Positions 44,544 through 56,964 of a stretch of DNA of 64,000 nucleotides are shown piece after piece (positions within the stretch are counted from its first letter, which is position 1; every line of letters starts with the position of its first letter). The DNA lies in NCBI RefSeq assembly GCF_006345805.1, contig NW_021832139.1, forward strand, positions 1,466 through 65,465, read 5' to 3'. The notes below the pieces were generated by a model. That model saw nothing but the letters and a program-made list of their open reading frames with translations, had not been told where the DNA came from and ran no database searches. Source of the stretch: Octopus sinensis. Its lineage: Eukaryota. The translations under genes and the position numbers were made by a program.

Positions 44544-44848
44544 ACATATGGTGTTGTAACAGCGAAATCAGTCTTACAGAAGCTAAATCTGTTGAAAATC
44601 TTTCAATTCTATTTCGATATCAGATTAAAATATTTAACAGAATTATAAATATATTTCGTCTCTCTCACCCTCCTTCTTTCTGTCTCTCTTCACCACTCTT
44701 TTTCTTATACACACACGCACACACACACACACTCACACACACACAAACACCACAAACATACACGTACACACACATACATACATACATATACACACATGCC
44801 CACGTACATACATACATAAATACATATCTATCCATTCATATATATATA

Positions 44849-44899
<51 letters not shown>

Positions 44900-44910
44900 C
44901 ATACACACAT

Positions 44911-44949
<39 letters not shown>

Positions 44950-45165
44950 CACTTATACCAATATTCATATACATATATGTGTCTGGTCTGTCTGTGTGAG
45001 CGTGCGTGTGTTATTATATACATATGTAGTTTATAAAATTACCAGTTTTTCCTAAATTTGTTTATTTTTCTGTTTCTTTTCAGTTAATATTTCTTTGAAT
45101 CTGCGGCGATTTCTCTCCACGTCTCTTTCCCCCTCCCCACTTCCTCTCATACACACATAAATACA

Positions 45166-45203
<38 letters not shown>

Positions 45204-45430
45204 AACATATGTGTATATATGTGCGTATGTCTATATATATATATATATATATATATCTGCATATATATATTATATATATATATATATATATTTGCATATA
45301 TATATATATATATATATATACGAGTGAGTGTGTCAGTATTTTTCGTAAATACAGGAAAATTCATCAAAATTTCTTTAGGATATATATGTATATACATATA
45401 CATACACACACACACACACACACACACCAC

Positions 45431-45529
<99 letters not shown>

Positions 45530-45844
45530 ACATATACATACATACATACATATATATACATACATAGATATGTATATATATATATGTGTGTGTGTGTGTG
45601 TCTGTGTATATATACTCACTAATATTTTGTAATTTAAAAAAACAAACTTATGTATCAATATTGTTTTTCAATGATTAATATGTTTATTCTTAAATATAAT
45701 ATTCTCTTTTTATTACAAATTACTGCAACTAGACAAAGTCTCTTACATACAAAACCTCTGATCTAAGACGTCACCGATGGAGCTATTCTTCTAGTTTTCT
45801 CCTCGTTTTAATCATCAAACTGTGGTTATGCCTCGAACCCGTCT

Positions 45845-46198
45845 TGAAGAGCTTTTCAAAGTGCGTTTTAGTCGAACAAACGAACCTCAGTATTGATGTG
45901 AATTTGTTAATCTTGGTATTTATTCTACCGCTCACTTTCTGCCGAAGTAATAATTTACGCGGACGTAAACAAGCCAACAACGGTTGGACAAGCAGCGAGG
46001 GAGAGAACCAGAAAGATACACTCAGACTCGCACAAACATGCAACGAGCTTCTTTTCAGTTTTCGTCTTCCAAATCCACTCACAAGGCTTTAGCGATCCCG
46101 TGGCAATACTAGAAGGTACTTAACTAAGGTGACACGCGAGGTGACTGAACCCGGAGCTGTGTGGTTAGGAAAGAAACTTTTTTATCACACAGCCACGC
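45845..46198 (-). mobile_element. SINE family B, old copy directly abutting a younger copy
   Basis: Diverged version of the same blocks, head-to-tail with 46199-46591. Confidence 0.7.
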
Positions 46199-46591
46199 CT
46201 CTTTTACTCTTTTACTTGTTTCAGTCATTCGACTGCGGCCATGCTGGAGCACCGCCTTTAGTCGAGCAAATCGACCCCGGGAATTATTCTTTGTAAGCCC
46301 AGTACTTATTCTATCGGTCTCTTTTTGCCGAACCGCTAAGTGACGGGGACGTAAACACACCAGCATCGGTTGTCAAGCAATGCTAGGGGGACAAACACAA
46401 ACACACACACACATACATATATACATATATACGACAGGCTTCTTTCAGTTTCCGTCTACCAAATCCACTCACAAGGCATTGGTCGGCCCGGGGCTATAGT
46501 AGAAGACACTTGCCCAAGATGCCACGCAGTGAGAGTGAACCCGGAACCATGTGGTTGGTTAGCAAGCTACTCACCACACAGCCACGCCTGC
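46199..46591 (-). mobile_element. SINE family B, young full-length copy
   Basis: Near-identical to 4975-5421 with a short internal microsatellite. Confidence 0.88.
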
Positions 46592-47199
46592 GCCTTACTT
46601 CTATATAAAATCCCACAGATCTCGAATCTGCTTCTCGTTTTTCTCTTAGGCTATTTAACAACACATCAAGTCCTGAAGTTGATATAACGATATGCATTTC
46701 CATTCGTTGCCCCAATTTCCTGTATGTTTATACGCATGAATACTTTTGAGGTGCTGATGTGTGTAATTTGCAGCTAGTTCTTCCACAAGAGCGGCAACAC
46801 ACATATACATGCATATATACATTCATACATAGATGCATACATACACAAACACACACACACACATATATATAAACGAATGTATGGAATGCAAACAGTAAAT
46901 AAAGACTACATACTTATCATAACTAAATGTTATGCGTACAGGCTTGATGCTTACTAAATTCCTGCACCACAATCATTTCGATTCGCACTACACGCGCGCG
47001 CAACTAGACCGGGAGTTGTCAGTGTTTACTAAGCGAAAAGACCTAAAGTTCCACTAGGCTCTGTCAGACACACGCAGACACACACAAACTCACACAAAAC
47101 TTACACTCAAATACGCACACTAAGACAAACACACACATTTAGGTACGTATACAAGTTTGAATTTGATATATTCATATATATATATATATATATATATAT

Positions 47200-47510
47200 C
47201 ACCGTGATCACCCTGACCGACCAGGCTGTCATATGTTGCTACACATCGCTGGTCACAATGCGCTTCGTATTGTTTTAGCCTTCAAATGACGCCACCCCAC
47301 TGGCTAAGCGAGCAGGCCAACAGAAGAAAGAGTAAGAGAAAGTTATGGCGAAAGAATACAGCAGAGATCGCCACTACCCCCTGCCGGAGCTTCGTGGAGC
47401 TTTAGGTGTTTTCGCTCAATATACACTCACAACGTCAAATCTGGGAATCGAAACCGCGATCCTACGACCGCGAGACCGCTGCCCTAACCACTGGGCCATT
47501 GCACCTCCAC
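47200..47510 (-). mobile_element. tRNA-derived SINE (family E)
   Basis: Minus-strand head gtggaggtgcaatggcccagtggttagggcagcg...ggtttcgattccc with A/B boxes. Confidence 0.7.
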
Positions 47511-48136
47511 TATATATATAAACTGAGCAACGATGCATTGAGACCACCTATACAAGTCCACCCCCTCAAAGAAAAGAACAAGACTATGTAGTTATTGTTT
47601 TAATTTCTGAATTTCATAATTGAAGGTGTGTATGGATATATATATATATATATAGATATAGATATATATATATATATAATATGAATATATATATATGTAT
47701 ATATATATAATATATGTATATATATATATATATTCATATAATATGAAATATATGTCAACAACTTATAATTATGTAAAAATTGTAAAATACAAAACCAACA
47801 AATCCTTATATAAAACGTAGTCTGTTACGTTTGTAGCGATTTGTAATTAAATATAAATTTAGGAAATATTAACTTAATTGTTTCAGCCATTTTGTGAAAA
47901 ATATATGCAATATTTTTACACACGATATAATTGGAAATATATACAACAAATCAAATGCTACTTGCAAATAAACAAACATTGTAAAGAAAGTGTATTTATT
48001 TGTTTCAGACATTATGTTAGAAATAGTTGCTAACAGGAAATTAGAATACAGTGTTAAAATGCTCCAGTCCATGAGCAGAAAAGATGGCAATCATTATTGG
48101 AGAATGAGCAATACACACACTATTATTTACACACAC

Positions 48137-48219
<83 letters not shown>

Positions 48220-48226
48220 GACATAC

Positions 48227-48267
<41 letters not shown>

Positions 48268-48268
<1 letters not shown>

Positions 48269-48825
48269 TGGGTTGTCCGGAAAGTTCGTGCCGATTTTTA
48301 AAGGAAAGAAAAAGGTCAATAAATACTTGCCATTACAGTTTTAATCCACCTAATATGAACCATTTTGTTGCACAATGCGTCTCCATCATTTCTTTAACCT
48401 GAAAGTACCCTCTTTCCAGAATTGAGGTGGCTTCATAGCAAAAGAATTCATCAATATATATTTTTACGTCATCCAAGGAATTGAAATTTTTACCATTCTG
48501 TAGAGACCTGAATAAGTGGAAATCCGAAGGAGCAATATCTGGTGAATATGGAGGGTGGGGTAACATATCCCAGCAGAGCTGCAGCAATTTTTGTCTGGTT
48601 CCCAAAGCATCAAGTGCCGAAAATTTACTTTCTTATCTTCCAATTTAAAGTGTTACAGAATTAACACAGGTTATAGGAACATAAACCTTCTTCCACGAAA
48701 AGATAGCTTAAACTGTGCTCTAAATAGAGTTGTAGTCAAATCCTATTTTATGGACTCAATCATGTTCTAAAATATATCGAAAGATAAGCTACTATAAATT
48801 GGCATGAACTTTCCGGACAACCTAT
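48268..48825 (-). mobile_element. Internally deleted mariner (Tc1/mariner) DNA transposon
   Basis: TIRs ttgggttgtccggaaagttcgtgccgattt and aaattggcatgaactttccggacaacctat, TA on both flanks; transposase C-terminus WDMLPHPPYSPDIAPSDFHLFRSLQN (YSPDL motif) at 48333-48605. Confidence 0.9.
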
Positions 48826-49211
48826 TATAACTGTTTATTTAAGAGCTCAATATACTTTAATATACTTCAAATGTTGTCTGTACAGAGATTTTGCACAAAA
48901 TTATGACGTGACAACATACGCTTACAGTTTTCGTATTTATTACGTCTCGTTTAAAGTTTGAAATAAGATAAACCAAAGCTACAAAAAAAAAAAAGGAAAA
49001 AAAATTGCCGTATGTATCTTTATTTTTATTCTTTAGCATCGATTTCAATTATTTAATCTCAGTATATGCTATGAATAAAGTATTCTATTCCTCGTAAAGT
49101 TTCCTCAAGGGCGCGTCTTTGATATTGCCCACCATGTCTTTGGCCCTTGTGGCCAATAAAAGAAATCATCACCACCACCACCACCACCACCACCACCACC
49201 ACTACCACCTT

Positions 49212-49258
<47 letters not shown>

Positions 49259-49271
49259 CCATCATCATTAT

Positions 49272-49465
49272 TGAGCTGGCAGAATCGTTAACGCGCTAGA
49301 CGAAATGCTTAGCGGTATTTCGCCCGTCGCTACGTTCTGCCGATGTCGACTTCGCCTTTCATCCTTTTCGAGAACGATAAAATAAGTACCAGTTGAACAC
49401 TGATGCCGATGTAATAGACTCATCCCTCCCCCAAAATATCTGCCCTTGAGGCAAAATTTGAAACC
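49272..49465 (+). mobile_element. SINE family A
   Basis: gagctggcagaatcgttaacg head; gtcgacttcgcctttcatccttttcg core; (TTA)n tail. Confidence 0.7.
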
Positions 49466-49466
49466 A

Positions 49467-49519
<53 letters not shown>

Positions 49520-49543
<24 letters not shown>

Positions 49544-49828
49544 TAGTTTTATTTTTATAGCGTGCTTTCACTTCACTACCGAGCGCAGCTCTGTGTGCCT
49601 TGGGTATGTGCTGTGATTTGTTGTGATTCACTGATGGTTATTGTATGGAAAGTGTTCTGCGTAGGATGTGTGCAGTGCCTAGTAGTGCAATTTTCTGTAT
49701 GTTATATGTGTTTGTAAGTCCTGGTGTTTTTGTTATGTATTTGTCTGAATATTTTTTTATCATGCCTAATGCACCTACTATGATAGGAATTGTTTCTGTT
49801 TTTAGATTCCACATTCTAGTTACCTCTA

Positions 49829-49830
<2 letters not shown>
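49520..49830 (-). mobile_element. R4/Dong-like LINE 3' end with UTR and (TAA)n tail
   Basis: TRMWNLKTETIPIIVGALGMIKK...IQKIALLGTAHILRRTLSIQ*, then short UTR running into a (TAA)n array. Confidence 0.8.
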
Positions 49831-49859
<29 letters not shown>

Positions 49860-49869
49860 TATTATCTCT

Positions 49870-50290
49870 TTATCACAGGTGTGTTGGAGCACCCGGAACC
49901 TTGCATGCGTAGCGGGCTTACTACTTGCAGCCTACGGTACCATGCTATTCGTTCTTTTCACTTATCTAATACTTTCCTGATTATTCTGTCTGTACAGAGG
50001 AGGCAAACCTTTTGTAAAAGTTCTACTGGATGCTCTATTCCAATTTCCTTTATATTCCTCTTGGTGCTTTCTGATACTGTTCCTATGCACCCAACAATAA
50101 TGGGCACTATCTTCACCTTCATTTTCCATAACCAGGCTATTTCGTTCTTAAGAGGGTTGTATCTATCTATCTTTCCGTTTTCCTTCTTGACTATTCGTGG
50201 GTCAAAGGGGCATTCAACACCTACTATATATCATACGTGGTGCACCGTATCCACTACAACTAGGTCTGGTCTGTTATGCTCTAGCACGTA
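49870..50290 (-). mobile_element. R4/Dong-like LINE REL-domain fragment (second subfamily)
   Basis: Minus-strand NRPDLVVVD...ECPFDPRIVKK...KIVPIIVGCIGTVS...ELLQKVCLLCTDRIIRKVLDK*. Confidence 0.75.
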
Positions 50291-50403
50291 ATATATTTGG
50301 ATCGAGAAATCCCTGAAGATTTTACTAATGTTCAACTCTTTATTTGCGGTTTGTGCTCATATCACGTCCTGCCTCTATTATTATTATTATTATTATTATT
50401 ATT

Positions 50404-50485
<82 letters not shown>

Positions 50486-50659
50486 TATGCTTGACTATTG
50501 ATTTACATTTGCACAAGCTGGCTCCAAGTCTCACCCAGAGACCTCAAGAGACAACACGTTGGAAGTTCGTGTTGCTGTTATACCTAAGGTGCCATATATT
50601 TGGTTTTGTATTTAGTGTTGTACTAGTGAATGTCTAAAAAACCATACGAAAATTATGTT

Positions 50660-51050
50660 TGATTTAAAACTTGAGATTAAATAGAAAGCATTTTGCGTAG
50701 GATATGAGCAGTTCCCATGAGCACTATCTTTTGAATTCCTGTCATTTTGGGGTTTCCTGGTATCTGAGTTAGGTAGTAATCAGCCCATTTTCCTATCATC
50801 CCCAGGGCACCTATGACAACAGGTATTGTTTTAGTCTTCATGTTCCACATTTTGCTGATTTCTATTTCAAGATCTTTATATTTGCTCAGTTTCTGGTAGG
50901 TCTTGACAGATACGTTTATATCGATTGGGACAGTCATAGCAATGAGGAGGCATGTTTTTTGTCTGAAGTCTTTTACTGTGATGTCTGGCCTATTCGCATC
51001 TATCTTTCTGTCAGTTTGAATGGTGAAGTTTCAGAAGAATGAGATATCAT
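50660..51050 (-). mobile_element. R4/Dong-like LINE REL-domain fragment (third copy)
   Basis: DANRPDITVKDFRQKTCLLIAMTVP...KYKDLEIEISKMWNMKTKTIPVVIGALG...IQKIVLMGTAHILRKMLSI*. Confidence 0.8.
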
Positions 51051-51085
51051 TTTCAAGCACTGGAGGTGGTTTGTGTTCCCACCAG

Positions 51086-51190
<105 letters not shown>

Positions 51191-51202
51191 GTTATTATTA
51201 TT

Positions 51203-51753
51203 GAGTGAGAGAGCAGGGCATGCCATCAAAGTGACACTGGGGTAAAATATACGAAGCCCAATATACCCATCATGACTACCTCTGATAAGGTACACCAGGC
51301 ACATGCATCACAACCATATGTGCGTGACATGGTGATCTCATATCAAGAATAAACAGCACATGACCTTGCAGGTGGGGCCCAGTTACAATTTTCTTCAGGT
51401 TGAGTAGCCCATCCCGCTCAAAAGGTCCCTGAATAAGGATTGTTTAAGGATGTTGAAAGAACCACCCATGTTTCCAGAGGTGAATTATTCAAACCCCAAA
51501 GAATCCCTCTCAACACATGGCTATGATGCTCCCCACTACTTCTGCTCGTGATCAGAGATGCACATATCGTCAGCCACTAAGGGACATGCTCAACTGGTTA
51601 AGGTCAAACAACTAACAAGCAAATATGTGGTATTGAGCAGAATATTTGCTGTAGCCCGTCTTTTATACCAAGACAAAACAATGTACATGATAACACTTCC
51701 AATCAGTTAAGATCAGAAGCCATGAGAGCCACTGCCTGGTACTGCATCAGGGC

Positions 51754-51756
<3 letters not shown>
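51203..51756 (+). repeat. Probable interspersed repeat (possible non-coding LINE 3' UTR) between two (TTA)n arrays
   Basis: About 550 bp of complex non-coding sequence bounded on both sides by (TTA)n next to R4/Dong fragments; single copy here, so the assignment is inference. Confidence 0.4.
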
Positions 51757-51819
<63 letters not shown>

Positions 51820-51842
51820 CATTATTATCAGTTGTAGTATTT

Positions 51843-51891
<49 letters not shown>

Positions 51892-52075
51892 CAGCAGCAG
51901 CAGCAGTCGTGTGAATAGATTTGGTATCCTTATTTTAGTGAGCCATACAAAACATATTCTTTGAATGGCTTAAACACTGAATCAGCTCATGAATGTTATA
52001 AGGTCATATTTTTTCTAAAAATAAATTTCACTAACAGCGGCACTCACCAATACCCACACGCGCATATATATATGT

Positions 52076-52132
<57 letters not shown>

Positions 52133-52377
52133 TGTGTGTGTGTGTGTGTAAAATTAAGATTCAAGGAGCAAGATGTAGCAAGTTAGTAAGCTTGGAGCAG
52201 TCTGCTGAATACACGAAAAGAACTTTCTGGAACAATAGTGGTTTACTGACGTCGAAGGTTGCAAATTGTTTCGATAGTGAAGTTTGCTACGCTGCGAAAT
52301 GTTATTCTATAGCTTGCAATTACGAGCTCGGTTTCCTATGTGCATGCGAATAATTACCCCCCAAATTAGGAATGGAG

Positions 52378-52655
<278 letters not shown>

Positions 52656-52970
52656 GATTTTATCCACCTCATTTTGAAATTGTACGGATAATGCCGCACT
52701 AATTTTTGGTGCCACAACTTAAGTACCTAATTCATCTGAATCTCAGTTATTTTGTGCATATATATACATACATAATACATACATACATACATATATATAT
52801 ACATATATATATACACATATATATATATATGTATGTATGTATATATATATGTGTGTATATATATATATATATTTAAAATTGAGGATAAAATCTTTATAAG
52901 AAATTATCAGTAGTTAGCGTGAAAAACCTCGTAAGAGAAAAAATCCGTAAATTTTTCCACTTTGAAAATA

Positions 52971-53169
52971 TATATTTATATTATATGGAGGGTACTACTA
53001 TTCATAGATACCGCACGCTAGGATATGTAACTAAATTCTTTTTTTAAATGACTTGCTTTGAAGTTTTGCATTCGGTACAGTTTGTTTATTTTAGTAGTTA
53101 TGGCCGCAAGGGCCCCTCCTAGCGTGCGGTATCTATGAATAGTAGTACCCTCTATATAATATAAATATA
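52971..53169. repeat. Inverted repeat, 53-bp arms
   Basis: 52971-53023 vs 53117-53169, 1 mismatch, 93-nt spacer. Confidence 0.9.
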
Positions 53170-53236
53170 TATATATATATATATATGAAAAAACAAGTCA
53201 AAAATAGAAAATGCTAAAATAATTTTATAGTGAACA

Positions 53237-53280
53237 TTTCAGTACCGGTTTCGGTCATTTTGAGACCTTTTCAACTGTAA
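53237..53280 (-). ncRNA. Minimal type I hammerhead ribozyme motif (PLE-associated), U3-A8 variant
   Basis: Minus strand ttacag-TTGAAAA-ggtc(tcaaaat)gacc-GAAAC-cg-GTA-ctgaaa: stem I cag/ctg, 4-bp stem II, palindromic ACCGGT stem III, GUA cleavage triplet; about 720 nt 3' of the GIY-YIG stop. Confidence 0.65.
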
Positions 53281-53634
53281 CGATTAAATAATTAAATTTA
53301 GAAAAATTAGAAGAAAAGTTTTTTTAAAAGAATATTTCTATAGTAGTGTTCAGATTTAAGTGGCATTCTGCCTTTCTCTGACTCCCTGTTTGCACTTGTG
53401 TGTTCGAGGTAGTTGTGAGTTCTTGGTAGGGTAGTAGAGGAAGAAGGCTGGTGAGGAAGGGGGGTGGGATAATCGGGAGTGCCCTGATGGTCGTATTTTG
53501 AATGGTCAGTGGCAGCTGGCAGTCTCAGTTCAATTCAGGAGAATATTTATATTGACAGGCTTGTTTATAGAATTAGCGTAGGTGTTATACTAAAAAAAAC
53601 ATAGTGACAAAGTTAAGGGGTAGGGGGTGGAGAA

Positions 53635-53880
53635 GTAGAAGAAGAAGAAGAAGAAGAGAAGAAGAGAAGGAGGAGAAGATGAAGATGATGGTGATGGGGT
53701 GATGATTATGACGACGATGATGATGATAATGATGATGATGAAGAGAAGAAGAAGAAGTAGGAGGAGGAGAAGGAGAAGATGGTGGTGATGATGGTGGTGA
53801 TGATGATGACGACGATGATGATGATAATGATGATGATGAAGAAGAAGAGGAAGAAGAAGAAGAAGAAAAAAACAGAGAAG
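53635..53880. repeat. Purine-rich (GAA/GAT/GAG)n tract with an internal duplication, inside the PLE 3' region
   Basis: gatgacgacgatgatgatgataatgatgatgatgaaga-like block occurs twice. Confidence 0.85.
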
Positions 53881-54001
53881 GGAGAATATGAATGGGTGTA
53901 AGTATAGCTATGAAGGGGCTGATTAGTAATGGATTCTATGGAGTGTAATATTTGTGTGTGTATATATATTTTTTTTCCTTTTATTCTAAAGTTGAGGTAT
54001 A

Positions 54002-54478
54002 TTAATTGTTTGTCGTAGACCCGTTAAGAAGTGGCTTGTATTTTGTAATAAAGAGATTGTCTTTACTTATTCGTTGTCTCGAGGTTGTATCGTCCCTAAA
54101 TTGGTAGAGGGGGAAAATTCTGAAGTTTGGTGTTTTTTTGTTGGCGCAAGTATCTATGTGTTGGCTAAAAGCTATTTTTCTGTTTTGGGGAATTTTTATC
54201 TGGGATCTGTGCAGGGCCATTCGTTTACGCAAACCATTTTTTGTTTGGCCTATGTACTGCTCTTGACACCCGGAGCAGGTTAGTGAGTATATTAGGTTCT
54301 CCGAAGCACATGTGAAGTTGCTTTTCACTGTAAACCGTTGTCCCTGTTTGAAGGAGAACTCAGAACCCTCGATTAGATAGTCGCATATCCCGCAATTGGG
54401 TCTTCCACATTTTGTTACTGTCGGCTTCTGTGTTGAAGAGTTTATTCGGGCTTGTGTAAGGAGACTTTTCATGGATCT
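54002..54478 (-). mobile_element. Penelope-like retroelement 3' ORF fragment: Cys-rich linker plus GIY-YIG endonuclease
   Basis: Open frame RSMKSLLTQARI...KCGRPNCGICDYL...TCASENLIYSLTCSGCQEQYIGQTKNGLRKRMALHR...HIDTC...KDNLFITKYKPLLN; LIY/YIG, Arg and Asn motifs; upstream end lost at an (AT)n/(GT)n array. Confidence 0.88.
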
Positions 54479-54514
54479 ATATATATATATATATATATAA
54501 TATATATATATATA

Positions 54515-54547
<33 letters not shown>

Positions 54548-54692
54548 CATAGATGTGCGATTACGTACTCATTTATCATTTTATGTACTCAGGAGGAACC
54601 TGAAAATCTGACTCAAGACCCGAAAGTGTCGCGCATCGTTGTTTTTACAAGATATATGTGTTTGAAAGTAGAAATGTATAACATATTCTTAC

Positions 54693-54809
54693 CTTGTTGG
54701 CCGGGCTGACCATCTTTTCCTGGTTTTCCTGGTATCCCCGGTCTGCCCATAATGCCTTGGTCTCCTTTTGGGCCAACAGGGCCTGGTGGTCCAGTATGAC
54801 CAGGATCAC
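54693..54809 (-). CDS. Collagen-like gene, next internal exon (13 Gly-X-Y triplets: [39 protein letters not shown])
   Basis: Uninterrupted Gly-X-Y; acceptor atttgttttAG|GTGAT and donor CAAG|GTaaga; 117 nt, phase 1-1, joins in frame to the 56732-56848 exon. Not in the ORF track. Confidence 0.9.
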
Positions 54810-54897
54810 CTAAAACAAATAAAGATTGTGATTATGTGTATCCGTGTAATATGATAGTGAGCGTAGTCTTTTTATATATTAGTATTTCTCTCTCCCT

Positions 54898-54934
<37 letters not shown>

Positions 54935-54945
54935 CCATCTGTCTG

Positions 54946-55022
<77 letters not shown>

Positions 55023-55559
55023 TTATCTATCTTTCTGTCTGTCTGTAGACACACTCATATGTATGCATGTATGTGTGTGTCTACATCCGCTTTACAAGAG
55101 CACAAAATTATACCTATATATAAATATTTATTTCTGCTGGTATTCTTGGGAAAAAGTTTTTACGCGGTATTCATTGTTCATTAAGAGATGATATATTTGA
55201 AGGACTGGTTGTTATATAAAATAGATTCCCGCATTGAAGTAGATATTTCTCAGGATAAAAACAAATTATTTCTGAAAGAATGTAAAGCTTAAAATATATC
55301 TGGTTCTCGAATTCTACAGTCTAAATTTTTTAGAAAGCGAAGTCGGTCAAAGTAACCCATTTGTTTAGGTTTTTGTCTCAAAATACTTAGGGATTTGCCC
55401 GCAATATATGATATATTTCCGCAATGCTAAACTTCCATCTGCATGTTCCATTGTTGCATGGTATTCTTTCTTAAAAATGCTGCATACTATAACTCCTTTT
55501 CTTATGTGGTACCACATATCTGGCCAAAGATGTTTCAGAATTAAGTAAATACCAAATCC

Positions 55560-55800
55560 ATGCATCTCTGCTAGTTCCTCAACAGTTACGCTGGGATTTT
55601 GTTCCACCAGGGTTTGAAGGACGTCCTCTTGTCGAGCTCTACAGATCTTCCAGAATTCGGTTCGTCTTCTAGGCTGTAGTTTCCGGCTCAGAATTTCTGG
55701 AACCGCCGTTGACACTAGCTTACATTTATTGTCAGATCTCCGTTGTTGCGTTGTTGCCTTTATTGAACTCATAAAGCAAAATATGCTGCTTTGTCCATTA
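55560..55800 (-). mobile_element. Degenerate mariner transposase N-terminal (HTH) remnant
   Basis: Frameshifted LYEFNKGNNAT... and EDVLQTLVEQNPSVTVEELAEMHGF, matching mariner HTH motifs. Confidence 0.62.
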
Positions 55801-56140
55801 TAGCTTTGAAAAAATAACTGTTAGAATTGAACTTACACTATAATAAAGACGGGGCAAAATTACTACCTGCTTTAATAGCAAGTTGATGCAGGTAGTTTAT
55901 CCCGTCCCCCTCCGACTAGTAGTTTATGCAATTGCAAAAACTACCTTAATTATGGGATGATCCAGTACCTACCTACCTACCTACCTACCTACATACATAC
56001 ATACATACATACCTACCTACATACATACATGCATGCATCCTTGCATGCATGAATGCATATATACATACATACATACATACATACATACATACATACATAC
56101 ATACATACATACATACATACATACGTACACACATACACAT

Positions 56141-56458
56141 ACTGGTACTCCGTCAATTACAACAACGAGGGTTCCAGGTGATCTGATCAACGGAAGTGTT
56201 TGCTCGTTATATCAACGTGCAAGTGGCTGAGTACTCCACAGACACGTGTACCCTTAACGTAGTTATCAGGGAAATTCAGCGTAACAAAAAGGGTACGAAG
56301 GCTGATATCTTAAAATACAGGTACAGCTCATTTTCGGCAGCTGAGTGGACTGGAGCAAAGTGAAATAAAATGTCTCGCTCAAGGACAAAAAGCACAGCCA
56401 GGCATCAAACTCATGACCTTACGGTTGTCAACCCACTACCATAGGCACTAAACCACGT
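56141..56458 (-). mobile_element. tRNA-derived SINE (family D), diverged
   Basis: Reverse complement collinear with 2693-3045. Confidence 0.65.
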
Positions 56459-56475
56459 ATGTATGCTTAGATGTG

Positions 56476-56589
<114 letters not shown>

Positions 56590-56731
56590 CATACATATAT
56601 TCATACGTATAGTTATATGTATATTTGTGCGTTTGTCTTAGCGTCGAGTATTTATGATAATGCATGATTAGAGAGACGGGTACGAAGGATTAAGTTTCGT
56701 TACATGTCACTATATACTTCATTATACGTAC

Positions 56732-56848
56732 CTTTAGGTCCTCGAGGACCTGAGGGGCCTTGAGGACCTGTTAAGCCATGAAGTCCTGATTCACCTGGCT
56801 CACCTTTTGTTCCGATGTTACCTTTGTCACCTTTTTCGCCTTTTACTC
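56732..56848 (-). CDS. Collagen-like gene, internal exon (13 Gly-X-Y triplets: GVKGEKGDKGNIGTKGEPGESGLHGLTGPQGPSGPRGPK)
   Basis: Uninterrupted Gly-X-Y; acceptor tttttctattttcaAG|GAGTA and donor AAAG|GTacgt on minus strand; 117 nt, phase 1-1 with split Gly codon. Confidence 0.9.
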
Positions 56849-56964
56849 CTTGAAAATAGAAAAACAATTGCATAATTAGTAGTAGTAGTGGTGGTAGTAG
56901 TAAGAAGAACAAAGACAAGAACAACAACAATAATAATAATGGTTTCAAATTTTGCCACAGTAAA

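Noticed and set aside
54460-54693. In-frame exonisation of the GIY-YIG domain into the collagen mRNA
   Set aside because: The nearest AG (tatag|atcc) needs phase 2 but the collagen exon ends in phase 1, giving an immediate stop, and there is no pyrimidine tract.
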